Assembly (NCBI GenBank): GCA_965657355.1 | Contig: CBFHOE010000005.1 | Coordinates: 170,542 to 186,717 of the forward strand | Length of the DNA: 16,176 bases | DNA from: Limisphaerales bacterium | Lineage (GTDB): Bacteria; Verrucomicrobiota; Verrucomicrobiia; Limisphaerales; JAJOIW01 | Reading direction: 5' to 3' | In this document: positions 7,880 through 14,358 of the stretch, piece by piece | How the letters are laid out: every line of letters begins with the position of its first letter | How positions within the stretch are numbered: the stretch's first letter is position 1 | The notes under the pieces: generated by a model | The model's input: the letters and a program-made list of their open reading frames with translations, nothing else | Database searches by the model: none | What the model was told of the DNA's origin: nothing | Position numbers and translations under genes: made by a program

Positions 7880-9439
7880 TTATGTGAGGACAGGTTGGGC
7901 AATGTGAGGATCTTCCGCTTCCTCATACCCCTCGTCCGTTTCTTCATCTTCCTGAAGCACTAATTGCTTAGCCATCGCCTCCCGTTCCTCTTCGACATTT
8001 CTGTTCAAGGCCAGACTAAATCCTAAAAGACCCGTGAAGGTAGCAAAATCCATGGCAAATTGCCCATACATAGTACTGAAAAAAAGAAGGTTTCCAGCAA
8101 AATAACTGAGAACAAGAGTATTGACGGCTTTGAGATGCGGAGGACTCAGTTTGTAATGTCGGTAAATCGTCTTAAGAGCTATTACACAAAACCAAATAAA
8201 ACCAATGATACCCCAAATACCTAAAGGGATGATAATGGTAAGCAGGCCGTGATGGTAATTTCCATCAATAAAGATGTGCTCATAGGCATTAAAAATTCCC
8301 TTTCTTACACCCTCAAAGGTCAATTGGTAATCCACCCCTTTGAAAGCATACCCTTTACCAAGGAGCAAATAATCTGGTATTTCTTTGACGACAGTTGCCC
8401 AAATCTGAAAACGCCAATCAAGAGTACCGGCAGCATCAGATGCAGCCACACTATCAATCTCTACGGGTAAAAAACTTAATGACCGCTGAAAAGCTAATGG
8501 AAGCCTTTGGATGTTTGTGATAGCCAAGACACTCGTAATGAGAAGAATACTGGCGTATATGGGAAGAGCTGCAGTTCTGTGTAGCCCTTCGAAGTAAAAC
8601 TGAAAGACAAGAATAAGTCCTAATAAAATGAGCACAGATCTATATCCGCCGTATAAGGAAAGTACGAGTGCCCCAAAAAAAGCGATTATTCTCCAGAACC
8701 GCCAAGTATTAACAAGCCCATTAATGCCAAATCTTGAAAGTAAATAGAGAATGAAGGCCAGACAGGCAAATGCCAAACCCGTCAGTCTAACAAAACCACC
8801 GTATCCTGAAGTCTCTCCAATATGCTGCAAGGCCGCAGATTGAGTTGGAAGGAACCAATACAACCACATAGCGCCACTCCCAAGGGAATAGACCACGTTG
8901 GAAAGAGAGTGAGTTAGTGTTCCCAAGAAAAACATTGCTGAATACAAGCCCACCTTGTCGGCTGGGATTCTGATACTTGAAAAAGCGAAAAATATGGCGA
9001 AAGCTTTAAAAATATCAACGTATTTTCCGGCCCCCCACATGTCAGCCCCAAGAACCCTTCCACCTATACCGCCTCGAAGCATTGCGGTAACGACAACAAC
9101 AAGTGCAATAAATAAGAAACAAGCAAAAGTTCCTGTCGTAAATCTAAACCTATTTTTCTTATTAATCGTACGGTCAACTATCCCAATTCCAATCAAAAAA
9201 AGAGCCATCAAAATCTTAAATTCTGGCTGCCCAGGTAAGAATGGGAACAAAAATGCCGAGTTGACTGAAAAAACAAAAATCGGCTCGTAATAACGCAATA
9301 AAAAGGGAATTGAGACACCGCAGACGCACAAACCCACAAGGGCATACCCCATGGACGTTCCAGAAGCCACTTGATAACCAAGTACGATGGCCAATGGAAT
9401 TATGGCTAAAAAGATGAGTACACTTCTAAATCCACCCAT
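7880..9439 (-). CDS. O-antigen ligase / Wzy-like polysaccharide polymerase family membrane protein
   Basis: About 12 TM helices, GGYRS loop motif, periplasmic WRFQIW...LLGKG and YHHGLL..IIPLGIWG (H-x-x-x-L..G..G motif of Wzy_C/WaaL). Adjacent to the GT4 gene. Confidence 0.8.
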   Translation of the reverse strand: MGGFRSVLIFLAIIPLAIVLGYQVASGTSMGYALVGLCVCGVSIPFLLRYYEPIFVFSVNSAFLFPFLPGQPEFKILMALFLIGIGIVDRTINKKNRFRFTTGTFACFLFIALVVVVTAMLRGGIGGRVLGADMWGAGKYVDIFKAFAIFFAFSSIRIPADKVGLYSAMFFLGTLTHSLSNVVYSLGSGAMWLYWFLPTQSAALQHIGETSGYGGFVRLTGLAFACLAFILYLLSRFGINGLVNTWRFWRIIAFFGALVLSLYGGYRSVLILLGLILVFQFYFEGLHRTAALPIYASILLITSVLAITNIQRLPLAFQRSLSFLPVEIDSVAASDAAGTLDWRFQIWATVVKEIPDYLLLGKGYAFKGVDYQLTFEGVRKGIFNAYEHIFIDGNYHHGLLTIIIPLGIWGIIGFIWFCVIALKTIYRHYKLSPPHLKAVNTLVLSYFAGNLLFFSTMYGQFAMDFATFTGLLGFSLALNRNVEEEREAMAKQLVLQEDEETDEGYEEAEDPHIAQPVLT

Positions 9440-9446
9440 TTCTGCG

Positions 9447-9475
9447 AATATGCGTTCTGGCTATCCATTCTGCAA
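9447..9475 (-). promoter_or_regulatory. Putative sigma70 promoter giving a leaderless transcript of the O-antigen ligase-like gene
   Basis: Minus strand TTGCAG (9475-9470), 17 nt, CATATT (9452-9447), 7 nt, then ATG at 9439. No Shine-Dalgarno site is present. Confidence 0.45.
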
Positions 9476-9531
9476 GAGGTATTTTTCTACGGATTGGGAA
9501 ATCATTGGGCATAATCAGCTGATTGAGGGTG

Positions 9532-9912
9532 GAGAAAAAGTCGCGATCTAACCAGTTTAACGCGTGGCCTTGATAAACTGATAAAACGTTTTGCGACTCT
9601 ATTGAATCGGATTTAGATCAATGACACCCCTCTTCTGTGCCGAAAACCGCAGAGAAAAGAGGTTTACACTCGCTCAAATCCAGCATCAGCGACTTTTCTC
9701 GGCTAATTTGTCAATTTTTTAACGCGGAGATTCGCTAAAAAAGAAATTAGCTGTAATGGGGAACTCGAGAATGCACGAATCTCCGGTGATGTCCTGTTTT
9801 AGACCCAGTCTCTGGTTTTCTTTTACTCATATTCAGCCCAATTAAAAAGGAGGTCTAGAAATGCTTCTTATTGCGAGCTTATGGTATCTCCTTTGCAGAA
9901 AGGACTGATGCT
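9532..9912 (+). ncRNA. Candidate structured RNA or long structured 5' leader of unknown family
   Basis: Several complementary segments found by eye: 9532-9544/9689-9700, 9539-9546/9591-9598, 9553-9559/9574-9580, 9629-9662 hairpin, 9701-9709/9744-9752, 9725-9734/9776-9785 (perfect 10 bp) and 9682-9689/9905-9912. No known family was recognised. Confidence 0.3.
9861..9908 (+). CDS. Candidate 15-aa hydrophobic small peptide MLLIASLWYLLCRKD
   Basis: Perfect Shine-Dalgarno AAGGAGGT (9847-9854) lies 6 nt before ATG 9861; TGA at 9906-9908. The ORF is too short for the supplied track. Confidence 0.35.
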   Translation: MLLIASLWYLLCRKD

Positions 9913-9915
9913 CCA

Positions 9916-10818
9916 TTAATCATTTAGGTTGATATCGAATAGATAGAGAGGTTGGTTTCGCCCTTCACTGATTGTGATATAGCCATCTGCTGTCGGAGTA
10001 AATCCTATGGCCTCTCCATTTTTCGCCTGGTCCTTGCCTTTTACTGGCAATCTGGAAAACGGATGTTTGGCCAGGGAATTTTCTAATGAACCCGCGGACA
10101 AATTCCAAATTGAGCCTATCTTTTCATTTCGAAGAAGAATCCATTTGCCATCACGAGAAATGTCGCCTGCGCTTACCTTACTTGCCGATACTCGACACAT
10201 TTTCCTAGCCAAAATATCAGGCTTTCCTGACCAAAAATCGTCACCCGACACGCTAAAAACGGTTGAGCCATTTTTTTCTTTTGAAAAAACAAAAAAATTT
10301 CCGGAACGTGGATCCCATGCGATGGCTTCACTATCATAGACCTTATCTGGGTAAAAAATCCTACTTCGATATTGAGGGATAATTTCTAATTTTGGCGTTT
10401 TGCTCGAATTGAGCACCGGTTCTTTAATAGCTATGAGCTGAATATATTTTCTCTTGAGCTTATTATCTCCAGAATCACAGACCACTAAGTAGGACTGGTC
10501 TTCAGGAGATAGGGTGTAAGTTAAATCCTCAATATCATTAACTTTGCCTGCAAATTCTATTTCACATTTTACATTACCTTGAAAAGAAGTCCCGAATATA
10601 CGCTCCGATTTACCATCATCAGCTACCCAAACAGTGTCCTTGTTGACGGAACTTACAATTATTCCTGAAATTTCATCAAGGCGTGGTTCATAAATAGCCC
10701 CCAATCTTCTCGATCGATTATTCGGCATCTCACCCAAAACAGCAATAACCTGGCATGTTATAGCCAGCGCCATTATTGCTTGGTAGTAATCTCTAATACC
10801 ATTCACCCTAGAATACAT
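9916..10818 (-). CDS. Putative secreted beta-propeller protein (SdiA-regulated / phytase-like fold), function unknown
   Basis: Repeated blade motifs DEISGI, DIEDL, DSGDN, YPD..YDSEAIAWDP, SAGDISRDG and NGEAIGF...GYITISEG. Hydrophobic N-terminal segment; the start position is uncertain. Confidence 0.65.
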   Translation of the reverse strand: MYSRVNGIRDYYQAIMALAITCQVIAVLGEMPNNRSRRLGAIYEPRLDEISGIIVSSVNKDTVWVADDGKSERIFGTSFQGNVKCEIEFAGKVNDIEDLTYTLSPEDQSYLVVCDSGDNKLKRKYIQLIAIKEPVLNSSKTPKLEIIPQYRSRIFYPDKVYDSEAIAWDPRSGNFFVFSKEKNGSTVFSVSGDDFWSGKPDILARKMCRVSASKVSAGDISRDGKWILLRNEKIGSIWNLSAGSLENSLAKHPFSRLPVKGKDQAKNGEAIGFTPTADGYITISEGRNQPLYLFDINLND

Positions 10819-10847
10819 TCGTACTTATGTGGGAAAATTCAATAGTC

Positions 10848-10877
10848 AAAAAAAGGGCCAACAAAATTTGTTGGCCC
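10848..10877 (-). terminator. Intrinsic terminator downstream of the Gfo/Idh/MocA gene
   Basis: Perfect 10-bp inverted repeat GGGCCAACAA/TTGTTGGCCC (10855-10864/10868-10877), followed on the minus strand by T7. Confidence 0.88.
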
Positions 10878-10903
10878 GATCGTTAGCTAAATGAGTTTAG
10901 AAA

Positions 10904-12067
10904 TTATATTTTCACCCACTGTCGTGATTCAGCAGATTGCTCTACAGCCTCCATCACGCGCTGATTTTTCAACCCGTCTTCGAAAGTTGGCTGAACAGGT
11001 TTGCCAGCAAGGCAGGCATTGACAAAATCAGAAATGGTGTGAACGAAAGTATGCTCGTATCCCAAAATGTGCCCAGGTGGCCACCAATTCCCGACAAACG
11101 GGTGGACATCTCCGGGCTGAGTCACCAATATATCTGTAAATCCTTGGCGATCATCAGCTTCTTCATTGTTGAAATACTTAAGGCGGTTCATATCCTCAAA
11201 ATCAAATGAGATGGAACCCTTGGAGCCATTGATCTCGAGCGTTATGTGATTTTTTCGACCTAGAGCAAATCGAGTTGCTTCGAGGTTGCAAACAGCGCCA
11301 TTTTCAAATTTTCCAATAAACGAGGACATGTCATCCACTGTGACTTCCCCCATTTCTCGGCCGCCTTTGCCACCAAGCCCGTCACCTTTGGCTTCAGAAT
11401 CTTCAAGTGGACGCTGCTTGATGAAAGTATTCATCATGCCGCACACTTCATTAAATTCTCCAACCAGATATCGGCCTAAGTCGATGATGTGGGCGCAAAT
11501 GTCACCGTGAGCACCTGATCCTGAGACGCCCTTTGTCAATCTCCAGACTAAAGGAAATTCAGGATCAACAATCCAGTCCTGAGCATATCTAGCATAATAG
11601 TGGTAAATATCGCCCAGCGTTCCATCCTCAATCATCTTTTTGGCCTGAGCAATAGCTGGGATCCTTCGGTAATTGTGGCAAACCATATGGACGATTTTAG
11701 ATTCCTCAGCAGCAGCAACCATTTCATTGCACTGCTCGACGGTCAAAGCCAATGGCTTTTCGCAGAGGACATGCTTTCCAGCCTTTGCCGCAGCAATGGC
11801 AATTTCAGCATGAGAATCGTTTGGCGTGTTGATATCGATGATATCAATATCAGGATTTTCAACGACAGCTTTCCAGTCAGTGCTGTGGTTATTCCAACCC
11901 AAGCTTTTCGCTGCTTCTGCAACACCGTCAGGATTTCTCCCACAAATAGTGTGCAATTCCACACCGGCTCCCATAGGCATAAAATGAGGCGCTTGCCTCC
12001 AGGCGTTTGAATGCGCCTTACCCATGAACCGGTATCCAATCATTCCGACTTTCAATGTCTTGGACAT
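10904..12067 (-). CDS. Gfo/Idh/MocA family NAD(P)-dependent oxidoreductase
   Basis: Rossmann start KVGMIGYRFMGKAH, DIIDINTPNDSH, GKHVLCEKPLA, HNYRR.PA, and the catalytic-region motif GAHGDICAHIIDL. AAGGAA Shine-Dalgarno upstream. Confidence 0.95.
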   Translation of the reverse strand: MSKTLKVGMIGYRFMGKAHSNAWRQAPHFMPMGAGVELHTICGRNPDGVAEAAKSLGWNNHSTDWKAVVENPDIDIIDINTPNDSHAEIAIAAAKAGKHVLCEKPLALTVEQCNEMVAAAEESKIVHMVCHNYRRIPAIAQAKKMIEDGTLGDIYHYYARYAQDWIVDPEFPLVWRLTKGVSGSGAHGDICAHIIDLGRYLVGEFNEVCGMMNTFIKQRPLEDSEAKGDGLGGKGGREMGEVTVDDMSSFIGKFENGAVCNLEATRFALGRKNHITLEINGSKGSISFDFEDMNRLKYFNNEEADDRQGFTDILVTQPGDVHPFVGNWWPPGHILGYEHTFVHTISDFVNACLAGKPVQPTFEDGLKNQRVMEAVEQSAESRQWVKI

Positions 12068-12113
12068 AAATTTCCTTCTTTAAACGGGAGTTTTCTTTAT
12101 AAACTAGGCGGAA

Positions 12114-12142
12114 TTTATAGATCGTGGCCGAATCCAAGTCAA
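12114..12142 (-). promoter_or_regulatory. Putative sigma70 promoter of the oxidoreductase
   Basis: Minus strand TTGACT (12142-12137), 17 nt, TATAAA (12119-12114). Confidence 0.5.
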
Positions 12143-12374
12143 CGAACGAGTTATCCAATGGCCAATTTAAACTTTGGTTTTGCCCTATTTCATTTGTTGG
12201 AGAAATAGTCGCAATGACCCGAGGCGTATCTCAATTTTAGCCGGTTTGAAAAGAGTTTTTTATCGACATAAACGAGGATTAACACCAATCTGACAATTGG
12301 GTAATGGATAGGATTTCTCCTTGTCCCCGTTGAGTTTTCGGGTGACTCAAAAAATTACTACTCGAAATTAAAGT

Positions 12375-12734
12375 ATGCAAATTAAGCTATTAAAATCAAA
12401 AATCCATCGGGCAGTTGTGACGGATGCTCACGTCGATTATGAGGGTAGTTTAACGATCGATGAGGAGCTTATCGAAAAATCTGGGCTTTTTATTTATGAG
12501 AAAATCCTTTGCTCGAATATGGCAAATGGGGCCCGATTTGAGACTTATGTCATTCCAGGCGAGAGAGGAAAAAAGGAAATCGTGCTCAACGGAGCTGCTG
12601 CTCACTTGGGCAATAAAGGCGACCTGTTGACAATAATGTCTTTTTGTTCACTGAGCTTGGAGGAAAAAGCAAAATGGACGCCTACCGTTATTGTTTTGGA
12701 TAAAAACAATGATATTGCGGTAACAAGAAACTAA
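12375..12734 (+). CDS. panD: Aspartate 1-decarboxylase proenzyme
   Basis: K9, H11, the G24-S25 autocleavage site (YEGS), R54, T57-Y58 (RFETY) and LNGAAAH are all at canonical positions. Confidence 0.97.
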   Translation: MQIKLLKSKIHRAVVTDAHVDYEGSLTIDEELIEKSGLFIYEKILCSNMANGARFETYVIPGERGKKEIVLNGAAAHLGNKGDLLTIMSFCSLSLEEKAKWTPTVIVLDKNNDIAVTRN

Positions 12735-12742
12735 ACACCATT

Positions 12743-13294
12743 ATGGAAAAATTCTTTCACGATTACATCGAGCTTCAAAAAAATGCCCTCGATTCCATTC
12801 CCTTGAACGAGGTGGGGTCCATGTTGGAAATCCTCCAAAAAGCGCACAAAGACAAAAAGAACATTTTTGTTTTCGGTAATGGGGGTAGTGCGGCAAATGC
12901 TTCACACTTTGCCACTGACCTAGGAAAGGGAGCATCAGATAAGGTGGGTATTTTTAAAGTCTTTTCACTCAATGACAACACCCCTTGGATCACAGCATTA
13001 GGCAATGATTACAGTTACGATGATGTTTTTTTGCGACAGCTCATGAATTATGGAACCCCTGGCGATGTTGTTTTGACAATGAGTGTCAGTGGAAATTCGC
13101 CTAACCTGGTCAAAGCAATCGAGTGGGCAAACGAAAATGGTCTCTCCACCATGGCATGTGTCGGAGGAAAAAAAGGAAAGTTAGCTGAGATTGCGGGCAC
13201 AGTGGCCGTCATTGGTTCCGAACACTACGGTAGGGTTGAAGATTGCCACATGACTATTGCTCATATGCTCTGCTATTATTTTATGGAGAAATAA
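12743..13294 (+). CDS. gmhA: SIS-domain phosphoheptose isomerase (GmhA-like)
   Basis: Motifs FGNGGSAANASHF, ITALGND.SYDDVF.RQL, GDV...SVSGNSPN, GKKGKL and YGRVEDCH..IAH. Confidence 0.8.
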   Translation: MEKFFHDYIELQKNALDSIPLNEVGSMLEILQKAHKDKKNIFVFGNGGSAANASHFATDLGKGASDKVGIFKVFSLNDNTPWITALGNDYSYDDVFLRQLMNYGTPGDVVLTMSVSGNSPNLVKAIEWANENGLSTMACVGGKKGKLAEIAGTVAVIGSEHYGRVEDCHMTIAHMLCYYFMEK

Positions 13295-14321
13295 CCCTGT
13301 TCAGTTGGCTGGAATCGCTCAATAATTTAACAGGAAGAGAGGACAGCCTACCGGGTATTAAAAAGACCAGGACCGAAGACCGCATCATTTTGTACACCCA
13401 CCCCCTGTTAACTTTTATTTTTCCTTCGGGTGAGAGGGGATTCGAATGACGAAGTCCGGTCAATGTTTCTAACCCAATCAGCACGGGCCAAACGCATGCC
13501 AGTCTAAGCAATCGGTTCCGCTCTGGGATTCTATTTACATATCTCCAGCCACTTATGAGATATTTTTCAGCCTGATCCACGAGTGGCATATAAATCGATT
13601 TGAGGCTACCCCAATTTGATGAATCTAATAGGTCGTCTTCTTTCAACCCTACGGTATTCAATTGCTTTTTAGGCAGGTAGCATCGGTTATTTTTTAGATC
13701 ACCAGGAAGATCTCTAAGAATGTTCACAAGTTGTAAGCCCTTTCCATAATCAATAGCAATCAACTCCATTTCTTTTGCTTGTTCCTCACTATCAAAAACA
13801 TTTTTTTGCTTACAAATTGTATTCCAAAATTTACCGACGACACCAGCGACTCGCCACGTGTAGTCGTCTAGCTCTTCATCATCTTTCAGAGCTCTAATTA
13901 ATTTCGGTTCAATATCAAATCTCTGCAAATCCAGAATCTGACCACTAATCACCACTTTCAAAACTTCTTTTATCTCATGTTTTTCCTCATTTGCCATGAA
14001 GGTATAAAAATGAAGAATCCGACTAATTTGATTCAATAAGTGCTTCTCTTTGGGATCCGAATTTACACTTTGCAACTCTGGCTCGATATCGAGATTGGTT
14101 CTTTCATTTGCAACTGCGGCATCGAAATCGTTTAAAACTTTTATACGAATGTCAGCGGATACTAGATCTGTGTCGGCGATGGTATCACTTATTCTAGCTA
14201 AGAGGTAGGCTATCCCAATTGGAGCCCGCAAAGGTTTTCTTAGAATTCTTATGGAAAGATAAAAAGAGCGTGAGACACCTTTGAGAATTTTCATTAATTC
14301 TGAAAGTTTTGCTCTTTGCAT
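13281..14321 (-). CDS. Squalene/phytoene synthase family protein (squalene synthase-like head-to-head prenyltransferase)
   Basis: LKGVSRSF flap motif, YLLARISDTIAD (first Asp-rich motif), LDDYTWRVAGVVG and GLQLVNILRDLPGD...RCYLP (second Asp-rich motif). Overlaps the gmhA 3' end by 14 nt. Confidence 0.9.
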   Translation of the reverse strand: MQRAKLSELMKILKGVSRSFYLSIRILRKPLRAPIGIAYLLARISDTIADTDLVSADIRIKVLNDFDAAVANERTNLDIEPELQSVNSDPKEKHLLNQISRILHFYTFMANEEKHEIKEVLKVVISGQILDLQRFDIEPKLIRALKDDEELDDYTWRVAGVVGKFWNTICKQKNVFDSEEQAKEMELIAIDYGKGLQLVNILRDLPGDLKNNRCYLPKKQLNTVGLKEDDLLDSSNWGSLKSIYMPLVDQAEKYLISGWRYVNRIPERNRLLRLACVWPVLIGLETLTGLRHSNPLSPEGKIKVNRGWVYKMMRSSVLVFLIPGRLSSLPVKLLSDSSQLNRVISP

Positions 14322-14358
14322 CTACTGAATGAGGTATGTATTTTGAATTTAGAATGAG

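Noticed and set aside
9503..9530. dif-like site (TTGGGCATAAT resembles the XerC arm)
   Set aside because: There is no TTATGTTAAAT-like XerD arm after the 6-nt spacer.
9526..9553. tRNA/tmRNA-like 3' end on the minus strand (GGTTAGATC...CTCCACC)
   Set aside because: No TTCRA T-loop with a paired stem, no CCA end and no matching acceptor 5' strand.
9686..9714. Perfect TTGACA on the minus strand (9714-9709) as an antisense promoter
   Set aside because: No acceptable -10 hexamer at 16-18 nt spacing.
9621..9845. Two short plus-strand ORFs (9621-9722, 33 aa; 9756-9845, 29 aa) in the same frame as the 15-aa peptide
   Set aside because: Neither has an SD or recognisable protein features. The second stops at the peptide's SD and could be a coupling uORF, but nothing else supports this.
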